Shown: positions 8,518 to 17,793, numbered from the stretch's first letter. The stretch: 36,952 bases of DNA from Vicinamibacteria bacterium (GCA_044229815.1 JBGASI010000001.1:1-36952), one strand, 5' to 3'. Translations and numbers: made by a program. Notes: generated by a model from the sequence alone, not told the origin.

Positions 8518-9456
8518 CTAGCTGATCGTCACGTACGGGTCGTCGGGCCGTTGCGCGGAGACCAGCGCGGAGTTCGCCACGCTGACCGCCAGTCGCGCCC
8601 CGATCAGCGGGAAGAGGACGGCGATCTCGTCCTCGGAGAGCGGAAAGGCCCGGTGGTAGCCGCGCACGACCGCCGTCGCCGCGGCGAGCACGTCCGCCTG
8701 GCCGAGAAGGGCGTACGCCGCGGCGACCGCCGGCTCGGCCACGACCAGCCCGTAGTGCATGTCGCCAAAGTCGATGACGCTGGCCACCGCGTGCGGCTCG
8801 GCCCGCGGGCCGCTCACGAGCACGTTCCAGTCGTTGCCGTCGCCGTGGATGACGGCCCGCCGGAGCCGGGAAAGAACGGGTGCCACTGCGTCGAAGCGAT
8901 CGAGGAAGCGCTCCGCCAGGGCGCGACGCGACGGGTCGGCGATCCGAGGCAGTGCCTCGCGGATGAGGCCCGCCCGCGCGAGGTCCCACTTCAGCTCGCG
9001 GTGGGCCGCCGGGTGATCGAAGCCGGCGAGCGCGCGGTCCATGTCCCCGAGGAGCCGCCCGAGGCTCTCGTGCAGTTCGCGCGTGCGGGGGCGCGCCTCG
9101 GCCAGCGGCACGCCGTGCACCCACGTCAGGAGAAGCACGAGCCGTGCGTCACCCCGGGCGTCCGCGCTGCGCCCGACGGGCTCCCCGTCGAGGGCGGGCA
9201 GGACCCGCGGAAGGGCCAGCGCCGGCGCCTCGCGCGCCAGGTGCCGCAGCACCTCCGCCAGCATCGCGGCGAAGCCGGCGTCGCGCTCGCGGTGCATGAC
9301 CTTCAGCACGAACGCGCGGCCGTCGTCAGTGTCGAGGCGGAAGTTGTCGTCGAACTCTCCGGGCAGGGGCGAAGCGGCGCCTTCGACTCCGAAGGTCTCG
9401 CGGGCGATGCGGGCGGCGTGAGCGGGAGTGGGCGCCGAGGCGGGGTCCTTCGTCAT
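8518..9456 (-). CDS. APH/choline-kinase-fold phosphotransferase (hydroxylysine-kinase / homoserine-kinase-II-like)
   Basis: Catalytic loop VIHGDGNDWNVLV (HxDxxxxN) and metal-binding IDFGD. I place the start at ATG 9456 (MTKDPASAP...), not at the TTG at 9498 used by the ORF track. Ends with TAG at 8520-8518. Confidence 0.8.
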   Translation of the reverse strand: MTKDPASAPTPAHAARIARETFGVEGAASPLPGEFDDNFRLDTDDGRAFVLKVMHRERDAGFAAMLAEVLRHLAREAPALALPRVLPALDGEPVGRSADARGDARLVLLLTWVHGVPLAEARPRTRELHESLGRLLGDMDRALAGFDHPAAHRELKWDLARAGLIREALPRIADPSRRALAERFLDRFDAVAPVLSRLRRAVIHGDGNDWNVLVSGPRAEPHAVASVIDFGDMHYGLVVAEPAVAAAYALLGQADVLAAATAVVRGYHRAFPLSEDEIAVLFPLIGARLAVSVANSALVSAQRPDDPYVTIS

Positions 9457-9539
9457 CACGGACCGGCATCTTATCCACGATGGCCGGGTGCGCGGCAAGC
9501 CCCCGCGCTGCTATGCTCGGCGCGCCCTGCGAAGCCCGC

Positions 9540-11636
9540 ATGACACCCCCGAGAGTCCGCGCGCTTCTGCTCGCCGTCCTGCTCGCGGCCTCCGCTCGCG
9601 CGGAGGAGGCCGCCCCCGGCCCGCCGCGGTTCTTCCCTCCCGGCGACCTGCTGCGATTCGGCGTCTTCTACTACCCTGAGCAGTGGCCGCGCGAGCAGTG
9701 GGCCCGCGACGTCGCTGGCATCGCGCGGCTCGGCTTCGATTTCGTCCACCTGGGGGAGTTCGCGTGGGCTCAGCTCGAGCCCTCCGACGGCCGTTTCGAC
9801 CTTGCTTGGCTCGACGACGTGGTGGTGCTCGCCGGCCGCGCCGGGCTGAAGGTGGTCCTCGCGACGCCCAGCCTGTGCCCGCCGGCCTGGATGGGCGAGG
9901 GGCACCCCGAGATCTACCTCGTCGGAGCGGACGGGCGAAGGCGCGAGCACGGCAACCGCGCAAACGCCTCGGTGACGAACGACGTCTACCTCCGCCACGT
10001 GGACCGCATCGTCGAGCGGCTGGCCGAGCGCTACGGCCGCGACCCGCGCATCCTCGGCTGGCAGGTCGACAACGAACCGCTCGCGACTCCCGACTACAGC
10101 GCCTCGGCTCGCGCGGCGTTCCAGCAGTGGCTGAAGGCGCGTTACGGGACGATCGACCGCCTGAACGAGGCGTGGGGCGGCTCGTTCTGGAGCCTGCGCT
10201 ACGACCGCTTCGACCAGGTCGTGCTCCCGCGGGACGACCCCGGCAACGAGGACAAGACGAGCCCGCACGCCGTTCTCGACTTCCGCCGCTTCACGGCCGA
10301 CGCGACCGCCGCGTTCCTCGACCGCCAGGCCGCGACCCTGCGCCGCCACGCCGGCCCTGCGCAGTGGATCACGACGAACTACACCAACGTCTCCGAGGGC
10401 TCGGACGCGCGGCGCACGCGCCGGCTCGACTTCCCGAGCTTCACGATCTACCCGGTCGCCGGCGCCAATCGGCTCGGCGGCCAGAGCTTTCGCTACGGCA
10501 GCCCGACGCGGATGGCCGAGGCGCTCGACTTCCACCGGCCGATCGCCGGCGTGACGGGCGTCATGGAGCTCCAGCCCGGCCAGGTCAACTGGGCGCCGGT
10601 GAACCCGCTGCCCGCGCCCGGAGCGGTCCACATGTGGATCCTGCACGCCCTCGGCGGCGGCGCCTCGTTCGTGGCCACGTACCGCTACCGCCACCCGCGC
10701 TTCGGGAGCGAGCTGTACCACGACGGCCTCGTCGGCACCGATGGGACGACGCTGACGCAGGGCGGACGCGAGTTCGCCGAGGCGATCGCCGACGTCCGGC
10801 GCCTGCGCAGCGAGGCACGGCCGGGCGCGCCGCTGCCGGCCGTGCTGCGTGCCCGGCGCACGGCGCTGCTGTGGAGCCACGACGTGCTGTGGGACCGCGA
10901 GAACCACCGCGAGACGGCGCGCTGGGACACGTGGCGGCACCGGAGCGTGTTCGCCGCGGCGGTCAAGTCGACGGCGGCGCCGCTCGACTTCGTGGGCGAG
11001 GGCGACGATCTCGCGGCGTACCCGTTCGTGGTCGCGCCGGCGTACCAGCTCGTCGACGACGCGCTCGTCCGGAAGTGGCGCCTCTACGTCGAGAACGGCG
11101 GCCACCTCGTCCTGACGTGCCGGACGGGGCAGAAGGACGCGCGCGGGCAGCTGCCCGAGGCGCCGTGGGCGGCCGGGGTCGCGGATCTCGTCGGTGCGCG
11201 CGTGCGCGGCTTCGACACGCTGCCGGAAGGGGTGATCGGCACGGTGCGGCGCGGTTCGCAGACGCACGAGTGGTCGACGTGGGCGGATCTCCTCGAGCCC
11301 GCGCCAGGGACCGAGGTGCTGGCCAGGTATGGCGACCAGTTCTATGCCGGCGCGGCGGCTACGGTGAGGCGGAGCCTCGGGAGAGGCAGCGTCACCTACG
11401 TTGGCGTCGAGACCGCGGACGGCACGCTGGAGCGGGAGCTCGTCCGCGAGGTCTATCGCCGAGCCGGCGTCGCGATCGAGGACCTCCCGCGAGGCGCCTA
11501 CCTCGAGTGGCGTGACGGGCTGTGGGTCGGAGTGAACTACGGCAACGAGCCGGTGCCGTTTCCCGTTCCCTCGGGCGCGCGCGTGCTGCAAGGAGCGAAC
11601 CCGCTGCCGCCCGCGCTGACCCTCGTCTGGCGCTAG
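9540..11636 (+). CDS. GH42 family beta-galactosidase with an N-terminal signal peptide
   Basis: GH42 signatures: YYPEQWP, acid/base region GWQVDNEP, nucleophile region GVMELQPGQVNW. The start is placed at ATG 9540, giving the signal peptide MTPPRVRALLLAVLLAASARA. The earlier ATG at 9480 would overlap the divergent gene. Confidence 0.85.
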   Translation: MTPPRVRALLLAVLLAASARAEEAAPGPPRFFPPGDLLRFGVFYYPEQWPREQWARDVAGIARLGFDFVHLGEFAWAQLEPSDGRFDLAWLDDVVVLAGRAGLKVVLATPSLCPPAWMGEGHPEIYLVGADGRRREHGNRANASVTNDVYLRHVDRIVERLAERYGRDPRILGWQVDNEPLATPDYSASARAAFQQWLKARYGTIDRLNEAWGGSFWSLRYDRFDQVVLPRDDPGNEDKTSPHAVLDFRRFTADATAAFLDRQAATLRRHAGPAQWITTNYTNVSEGSDARRTRRLDFPSFTIYPVAGANRLGGQSFRYGSPTRMAEALDFHRPIAGVTGVMELQPGQVNWAPVNPLPAPGAVHMWILHALGGGASFVATYRYRHPRFGSELYHDGLVGTDGTTLTQGGREFAEAIADVRRLRSEARPGAPLPAVLRARRTALLWSHDVLWDRENHRETARWDTWRHRSVFAAAVKSTAAPLDFVGEGDDLAAYPFVVAPAYQLVDDALVRKWRLYVENGGHLVLTCRTGQKDARGQLPEAPWAAGVADLVGARVRGFDTLPEGVIGTVRRGSQTHEWSTWADLLEPAPGTEVLARYGDQFYAGAAATVRRSLGRGSVTYVGVETADGTLERELVREVYRRAGVAIEDLPRGAYLEWRDGLWVGVNYGNEPVPFPVPSGARVLQGANPLPPALTLVWR

Positions 11637-11792
11637 CTAGCGCGCCTCCGCGCCCGGAACCACCTGGGTTCTAGCGAGGCGGCTCCTCGACCCGGTCTGT
11701 GGCCGGAGACGCCGAGGCCCACACCGCGGGCTGAGCTGCTGATACGTTTGCATTATGGACAGCTACTGTATGTTCGCACAGCGGAGGGTGAC

Positions 11793-12179
11793 ATGATGCA
11801 CCGCCTCGCCGTCCTGGTCGCAGTCGCCGCAATTGGCTGCGGTTCGTCAACGACGAAGCCCGACAGCCCGGGGCCCTCCGCCTCGCCTCTGGACATCTCC
11901 CAGCACAAGCCCGGCGACGGCCAGATCCCCGGGACGACACTGCCGCCGAACTCGCCCAGGGTGGGCGGTGGCGGTGCGCCGGCGTCGCCGGCACCGAGCG
12001 GTGGCGGAGGCGACGCGCACTGCGCCGGTGCTGCGCCGGCCGTGGACTGCGGGACCGCCACCGCGAGGTGCACCGACTCCACCTACAGTTGTTCTGGGGT
12101 CCGCACTGACGTGTGCCGCTCGAGCGACATCGAGTGCATCTACTGTCCCGGCCCGCTCTGCACGGGCGGCGTGAACTAG
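11793..12179 (+). CDS. Small Cys-rich lipoprotein, unknown function
   Basis: ATG ATG at 11793/11796 preceded by GGAGGG (11783-11788). Lipobox AAIGC. Pro/Gly/Ser-rich linker followed by a C-terminal ~50 aa containing 8 Cys. The ORF-track start at 11748 is a TTG inside an AT-richer promoter-like stretch. Confidence 0.55.
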   Translation: MMHRLAVLVAVAAIGCGSSTTKPDSPGPSASPLDISQHKPGDGQIPGTTLPPNSPRVGGGGAPASPAPSGGGGDAHCAGAAPAVDCGTATARCTDSTYSCSGVRTDVCRSSDIECIYCPGPLCTGGVN

Positions 12180-12329
12180 GCGTCCGACTCGAGGCGCCGC
12201 GCGTCCGCGCGCCCGGAACAAATCGAGCCCCAGCTCCGTCTCACTGCACGTCTGGCGGCGCAAGTCTCTTCCATCCAACAAGTTGGAAGCGCCGCCGTCC
12301 ATGCGACTGAACGAGACGGAGGACGAGCG

Positions 12330-13601
12330 ATGAAGAAGGAACTGATGAGCCTCGCGTTGGCGGCCGCCTGCTGCGGCGCCGCGGCCGGCGAGGCCGGGAC
12401 GCAGGCGACGAAGCGCTTCGAGTGGACCACGACGTCTGCGACCGCTAAGCAGAAGCTCCTCGATGTCCAGCAGCGCATAGAGAGCTTCCAGTTCGGCGCG
12501 GAGACGGTCGAGGCCGCGCGCCAGATCGTCACGGCGGACCCGCAGTTCGCGATGGGCGAGTACTATCTCTCGGCCGTCGCCCCGCCCCCGGAGAACCAGG
12601 CGCACCTCGACAAGGCCGTCCTCCTGTCGCAGAAAGCCTCGGACGGGGAGCGCCGGTTCATCGAGGCGATGGTGAAGTCGCGCGCGAACCAGGGCCAGAA
12701 CTTCCGCGACGGCATCGCCCCGCTCGAGGCGCTCGCCCTCGACTATCCCGACGAGCGGCTCGTGCAGGTGATCCTGGGCCAGCTCTATCAAGGCGCCAAC
12801 GACGCGGAGAAGGCGCGTGCCGCCTTCCGGCGCGCCGACGCGATCGGCCCGAAGAGCGCGCGCGTGCGCGCGTTCCTCGCGAACGAGGAGCTGCTCGACG
12901 GCCGCTACGACGAGGCGCGCCGCACGTTCCAGGACGTCGCCGAGTCGCTGCCGAAGGGCGCGGCGCCGTTCGCCGTCCGCTACGGCCTCGCCTTCGCCGA
13001 CCTCTACCAGGGGCGGCCGGACCAGGCGATCGCCTCGCTCGAGAAGTACGTGACCGAATACCGGGACAGCGGGGCCGCGCAGGGCTTCCCCGAGGTGTTC
13101 ATCTGGAACTCGATCGCGCGCATCCGTCTCGAGAACGGCCGGTTCGACGAAGCGATGAAGGCGTACGAGAAGGGCTACGCGAGCGTCCCCGGCAGCAGCC
13201 TGCCCGAGGACCAGAAGCAGGTCTGGCTCGGCCGGCTGCGCCACGGCCGCTGCCGCGTGCTGGCGCGCATGGGCCGCCACGAAGAGGCCTGGAAGGAGGC
13301 GCTCTCGATCAAGAAGATGATCGACGACGGCGGCGAGGCCGGCGCGCAGTACCTGCCGGCGTGGCACTACCTCGCCGGCTACCTCGAGCTCGAGAAGGGC
13401 GACGCCAGGGCAGCCGTCCTGGACCTGAAGCAGGCGAACGCCCAGGACCCCTTCCACCTGCTGCTGCTGGCCCGCGCCTACGAGAAGGCGGGCCAGGCCG
13501 AGGACGCGCGCCAGACGTTCCGCGCGGTCGTCGAGTCGCGCCAGAACGGCCTCGAGCGGGCGCTCGCGTACCCCGAGGCGAAGCGCAAGCTCGGGCTGTG
13601 A
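12330..13601 (+). CDS. Secreted TPR-repeat protein
   Basis: ATG with GGAGGA 6 nt upstream. Signal peptide MKKELMSLALAAACCGAAAG. Repeated ~34-aa A/Y/L helical patterns (AEKARAAFRRADAIGP, FDEAMKAYEKGY, LARAYEKAGQAEDARQTF). Confidence 0.7.
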   Translation: MKKELMSLALAAACCGAAAGEAGTQATKRFEWTTTSATAKQKLLDVQQRIESFQFGAETVEAARQIVTADPQFAMGEYYLSAVAPPPENQAHLDKAVLLSQKASDGERRFIEAMVKSRANQGQNFRDGIAPLEALALDYPDERLVQVILGQLYQGANDAEKARAAFRRADAIGPKSARVRAFLANEELLDGRYDEARRTFQDVAESLPKGAAPFAVRYGLAFADLYQGRPDQAIASLEKYVTEYRDSGAAQGFPEVFIWNSIARIRLENGRFDEAMKAYEKGYASVPGSSLPEDQKQVWLGRLRHGRCRVLARMGRHEEAWKEALSIKKMIDDGGEAGAQYLPAWHYLAGYLELEKGDARAAVLDLKQANAQDPFHLLLLARAYEKAGQAEDARQTFRAVVESRQNGLERALAYPEAKRKLGL

Positions 13602-13631
13602 CGCCGCGCCGGCGGCTCGAGGTGGGGCTCC

Positions 13632-14018
13632 TTACCAGAGCGTCCGGGCGGGGTACTGCCAGATCGGGCCGTCCGGCGTCACGAGCACGAGCCCGCCGAC
13701 GATCGCCTGGGCGATCAGCATGCGGTCGAACGGGTCGCGGTGGATGTCGGGGAGTTTCCCGACGTGCAGGGCCGCTTCCTCGTCGACGGGCAGCGCCTCG
13801 ATCCCGTGGGCGGCTCGCTGGGCCGGGACGAACACCTCGGGGGGCGCGGGCAGGGGCAGCTTGCCCAGGCGGTGCTTGACCGCGATCTCCCAGGCCGAGG
13901 CCGCGCTGAGGAAGACCTCGCTTTCGGGGTCGACGAAGGCCTCGCGCGCCCGAGCGGACAAGGCCGCGTCTCCGCCCACGATCCACAGGAACGTACAGGT
14001 GTCGAGCAGCAGGCGCAC
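13632..14018 (-). CDS. vapC: PIN-domain toxin (VapC family)
   Basis: GTG start 7 nt after the antitoxin stop. PIN acidic residues in LLLDTCTF, SAWEIAVK, HRDPFDRMLIAQA and LVTPD. Confidence 0.85.
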   Translation of the reverse strand: MRLLLDTCTFLWIVGGDAALSARAREAFVDPESEVFLSAASAWEIAVKHRLGKLPLPAPPEVFVPAQRAAHGIEALPVDEEAALHVGKLPDIHRDPFDRMLIAQAIVGGLVLVTPDGPIWQYPARTLW

Positions 14019-14025
14019 GCGCGGC

Positions 14026-14278
<253 letters not shown>

Positions 14279-14324
14279 AAGTTCCACGCGATATGGAGCC
14301 CCGCCCACGCCGCGGCCACGAGGC

Positions 14325-17300
14325 TCAGCGCCGCCGTTCCCCGACGACCTTCACGGGCCCGAGGAGACCCGAGGGCAGCAGCGGCGAGTCGGCCTTGTAG
14401 AACTCCGGGCGCGTGAAGGTGTACTGCACCGGCGCGCCGGGCTGTCGGTCGCCGATCATCCGGTTGACCCACAGGTTCGTGACGCGGACAAGGACGCTGT
14501 TGGCGCCCGGCTTGAGGGCGCGCGTGACCTCGAGGCGGTAGGGCGGCTTCCAGGCGACGCCGAGCGGCACGCCACCGATCGACACCTCGGCGATGTTCTC
14601 GACGCGGCCGAGGTCGAGCCAGAGCCGCGCCCCGCCCTCGAACCACGCGCGCGGCGCCTGGATCGACGCGGTGTACGTGCCCGTGCCGGAGAAGTAGCGG
14701 ACGCCCGCGTCCGCGTGCTCGGCCCACGAGCCGAGCGTGTCGAACGTGAGGCTCGCGGGCGCGCCGCGGCCCGCCTGGAAGCGCACGGGCCAGGGACCGG
14801 CGACGGTCGCGAGGTCCTGCTCGACGCGGAAGGGCAGCGTCCGCGCGGCGGCGCTCGTCGGCTTGCGGAACACGACGAAAACGGTCTCCCACGGCTCGAG
14901 GTGCAGCGGCACCGTCGTCCGCCCGCCCGCCGTGCGGAACGACGCCGGCTCGCGCGCGCCCGTGTCCGCGCGCCACAGCTCCGCCTGCCGGCCGCTCACG
15001 CGGAACGTGGCCTCCAGGTCCTCGGCGCGCGCCGCGCGGTTGTCCACGAAGTAGACCTCGCCCTCGGGCAGCGAGCGGTGCACGAAGAGCAGCTGGCTGT
15101 CGGGGCGGGGCTTCGTGTGCTCGAAGTCGGGCGGAACGCCGAGCTGCGCGAGCACGTCGCCCAGCGTCGCGCGGCCATGGACCGTGCCCGCGCCGAGGCG
15201 GTGATCGCCGCCGCCGTCGCCCGTCCCCCAGAGTTCGTCGATCACCTGGCGCACCTCGGCCTCGTCGTCCGCCAGGCTCGGGCTGCCCGCGGGCTTCGTC
15301 CCGACGACGACCGCGCCCGCCGCGACCAGCTCGCGGAGCCGGCGCAGCACGGGCAGGGAGGTCCGCCGCGCGTGCGGGTCGAGCGCCAGCACGCGGTAGC
15401 GCATGCCGCTCTTCGAGACGAGCCGGCCCGCCTCCACCGAGACGACGTGGCGCAGCGCGTCGGCGTTCACGAAGTCGAAGCCGTAGCCCGGCGGCACCGG
15501 CGGGGCCTGCTGGCCGAAGAGCGCCGTCAGGTTCGTGTCCTCGCCGTAGTAGTAGAGGACGTCGGCCACGAAGCGGCCCTGCTGCAGCAGGTACGACGAG
15601 CGCGCGAGGTAGCCGACCCACGCCCGCGCCGGCTCCGCCCAGGTCTCGTTGCGCGTGAACCACTGGCCGAAGGGGCCGAGGCTGAGGCCGGGGACCTTGT
15701 CGAGGAGCGGCTGGTGGACCGAGGTGTGGATCACGAAGCGGTTGAGGCCCATCGCCAGCAGCTTGTCGGCCGTCGGCTTGAGCGTCGCGGGCGACCAGGC
15801 CCACGGGCCCGAGGCCGCCGTCATCGACTCGGCGGCGACGAGGTTCTGGCCGTAGAGGTGCGCGACCGAGGCCGACTCGCGGATGTCGGCGTTCGAACCG
15901 TGGTTCTCGTCGTTGACGCCGGGCTGCTGCGTCCACATCGCGCCCATCGGCACGTCGGCGCTGCGCTTGGCTTCCATGCCGTCGCCGATGAAGGCCCGAC
16001 CGCCCTCGTGCGACTCGGTGTAGTGGCCCATGCCGCGGGCCTTCAGAAGGGCGCTGATCCGATCGTAGTGGTTCTCGGCGAGCAGGTCCGAGAGCGTCTG
16101 CCGGAAGTCCCACAGGAAGCGCTCGCTGGCGGAGGCGCTCTCGACGACGCGCCCGGTGAGCGTCGGCAGCCAGGGCCGCGCGTCGTAGCCGCGGCGCTTC
16201 GTGAACTCGGCGAGCATCGACGCCGTCCAGTTCTGCGTCCCGGCCTCCCAGCTGTCGCTGATCAGGTACTGCAGGCCGCGCCTTCCCATCAGCGGCCCGA
16301 CCGCGTCCTTGTACAGGTCGAGGTAGGTGGTCATGTACGCGCGGACGTGCCCGGCGTCGAGCTTGTCCACCTCGAGGCCCGTGCCCTCGGGCGAGGCGGG
16401 CGCGTTCTGCCGGCCGATCAGCGAGTAGCCCAGGCGCAGCAGCGTCCAGCGGCCGGCGGGCGGCGTCCAGTCGAGCGTGCCGTCGGCGCGCAGCCTCGCC
16501 GTGAGGTCGACGACATCCTCCTTCTTCACGGCGTCCGCGGGCGCCGCGGCGGGCGTCGGGACCTCGGAGAGCACGCCGAAGGTGGCGAAGGCGGCCTTCT
16601 CCTCGAAGCGGTTCACGCGCGCGCCCGTGTGCAGGACGAGCTCCGCGACCAGGACACCGGGCGACGCAGGCGGCGCCATCTCGACGCCACCCACCTCGAA
16701 GCGCTCCGGCGCGGCCGCCGGGAAGACGACGCGGAAGAAGCGCGCGCGCACCGGCTCGAACGCGATGGTGTTCTGCTCGGCGACGCTGCGCGGGACCTGC
16801 GCGATCGTGCGGAAGCTGCGGCCGTCCTCGCTCGCCTGGAGCTCGGAACCCGGGGGCCGCGGCGCCCACCACGGCGGCTTCGCGCCGCCGAGCGCGAGCG
16901 TGACGCCGCGGATCGCCTGCGGTTCGGCGTACTCGAACTGGATCCAGACCTTCTCGCCGGCGGCCGCAGGGGGCAACGTCGCCGAGCGGACGAGGTCGCC
17001 GTCGGCGAGCAGCGCCGCGTCGATGGCCCCGCCGCTCGAGCTGACGTTCGGGCCGAGCTCGGCCTGGGGCCGGTCGCTCGCGGGCAGGCGGAACGCGAGG
17101 ACGGCGACGTCGCGGTAGAGCTCCGGCAGCGCTCGGCCGCCCGATTCGCCGGCGGGGACGTTCTGGAACGGCCCGGTGGTGGTGGGCGGCTTCGGCACGA
17201 CGCCGGAGAACGGCGCGCCACCTTTCACCGGCGTCTCGCGCCAGACGAGCTTCTTCATGGCCTGCTCGGGCGTGACCCACGGCCCGCCCGACTCGCTCCA

Positions 17301-17723
17301 GCCCGGCGAGCCGGCGATCGCCGTCTCGAGCCCGAGGCGGTCGGCCGTCTCGATCGCGTAGCGAAAGGCGTCCTTCCACTCGGGTGTCATGTAGGCGACG
17401 CGCCTGGCGACCACGGTGTCGCCGAAGAGCGAGGCGTCGAAGTTCTGGAAGCCCCCGAGGCCCACCCGCTTCATCCACTCGAGGTCGAGCCGGATGCCCT
17501 CCTTGGTGACGTTGCCGTTCATCCAGTGCCACCAGACCCGCGGGCGCGCAGCAGGCGGCGGCGAGACGAAGCCCTGGTAGAGCGGGTCGGCGCTCGCGGC
17601 CCTGGCCCGCGGCGTCGCGGCAGCCGCCTGCGGCGACTGGCCGTGCAGCGGGGCCGCGAGGCCGATCCAGGCGACGAGGGCGAGCGCACCGCCGAGGCGG
17701 AGGGAGTCCAGGCGCGTCTTCAT
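14325..17723 (-). CDS. Large secreted glycoside hydrolase, GH106-like (alpha-L-rhamnosidase-type family; family assignment tentative)
   Basis: ATG at 17723 and a signal peptide (LALVAWIGLAAPLHG). The N-terminal motif PRVWWHWMNGNVTKEGIRLDLEWMKRVGLGGFQNFD is what I associate with the ~1100-aa GH106-type enzymes. The 1132-aa length fits. Confidence 0.65.
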   Translation of the reverse strand: MKTRLDSLRLGGALALVAWIGLAAPLHGQSPQAAAATPRARAASADPLYQGFVSPPPAARPRVWWHWMNGNVTKEGIRLDLEWMKRVGLGGFQNFDASLFGDTVVARRVAYMTPEWKDAFRYAIETADRLGLETAIAGSPGWSESGGPWVTPEQAMKKLVWRETPVKGGAPFSGVVPKPPTTTGPFQNVPAGESGGRALPELYRDVAVLAFRLPASDRPQAELGPNVSSSGGAIDAALLADGDLVRSATLPPAAAGEKVWIQFEYAEPQAIRGVTLALGGAKPPWWAPRPPGSELQASEDGRSFRTIAQVPRSVAEQNTIAFEPVRARFFRVVFPAAAPERFEVGGVEMAPPASPGVLVAELVLHTGARVNRFEEKAAFATFGVLSEVPTPAAAPADAVKKEDVVDLTARLRADGTLDWTPPAGRWTLLRLGYSLIGRQNAPASPEGTGLEVDKLDAGHVRAYMTTYLDLYKDAVGPLMGRRGLQYLISDSWEAGTQNWTASMLAEFTKRRGYDARPWLPTLTGRVVESASASERFLWDFRQTLSDLLAENHYDRISALLKARGMGHYTESHEGGRAFIGDGMEAKRSADVPMGAMWTQQPGVNDENHGSNADIRESASVAHLYGQNLVAAESMTAASGPWAWSPATLKPTADKLLAMGLNRFVIHTSVHQPLLDKVPGLSLGPFGQWFTRNETWAEPARAWVGYLARSSYLLQQGRFVADVLYYYGEDTNLTALFGQQAPPVPPGYGFDFVNADALRHVVSVEAGRLVSKSGMRYRVLALDPHARRTSLPVLRRLRELVAAGAVVVGTKPAGSPSLADDEAEVRQVIDELWGTGDGGGDHRLGAGTVHGRATLGDVLAQLGVPPDFEHTKPRPDSQLLFVHRSLPEGEVYFVDNRAARAEDLEATFRVSGRQAELWRADTGAREPASFRTAGGRTTVPLHLEPWETVFVVFRKPTSAAARTLPFRVEQDLATVAGPWPVRFQAGRGAPASLTFDTLGSWAEHADAGVRYFSGTGTYTASIQAPRAWFEGGARLWLDLGRVENIAEVSIGGVPLGVAWKPPYRLEVTRALKPGANSVLVRVTNLWVNRMIGDRQPGAPVQYTFTRPEFYKADSPLLPSGLLGPVKVVGERRR

Positions 17724-17778
17724 CGGGCACCTCGCAGACGGCCGGCCGCGGAGCAGGGCCGGCGCGCGAACGGTAGCA

Positions 17779-17793
17779 CGGGCGAGTCGCCCG
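17779..17793 (-). terminator. Weak terminator-like hairpin downstream of the VIT1 gene
   Basis: CGGGCG-AGT-CGCCCG lies 17 nt past the TAA stop (minus strand). The tail UGCUACCGUU is only weakly U-rich. Confidence 0.2.

Noticed and set aside
9457-9539. Extended N-termini: the TTG start at 9498 for the kinase and the ATG at 9480 for GH42, which would make the two divergent genes overlap.
   Set aside because: The kinase has an internal ATG (9456) that yields a typical family N-terminus. GH42 has an ATG (9540) that yields a clean signal peptide. The extensions are Arg/Cys/Pro-rich and unlike the rest of either protein.
11630-11643. Perfect 14-bp palindrome GCGCTAGCTAGCGC at the GH42 stop codon, plus a nearby GAACC-N5-GGTTC hairpin (about 11658-11672).
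   Set aside because: The palindrome has no loop and simply contains tandem TAG stops in a GC context. The hairpin has a 5-bp stem and no U-tract. This is insufficient to call a terminator or a protein site.
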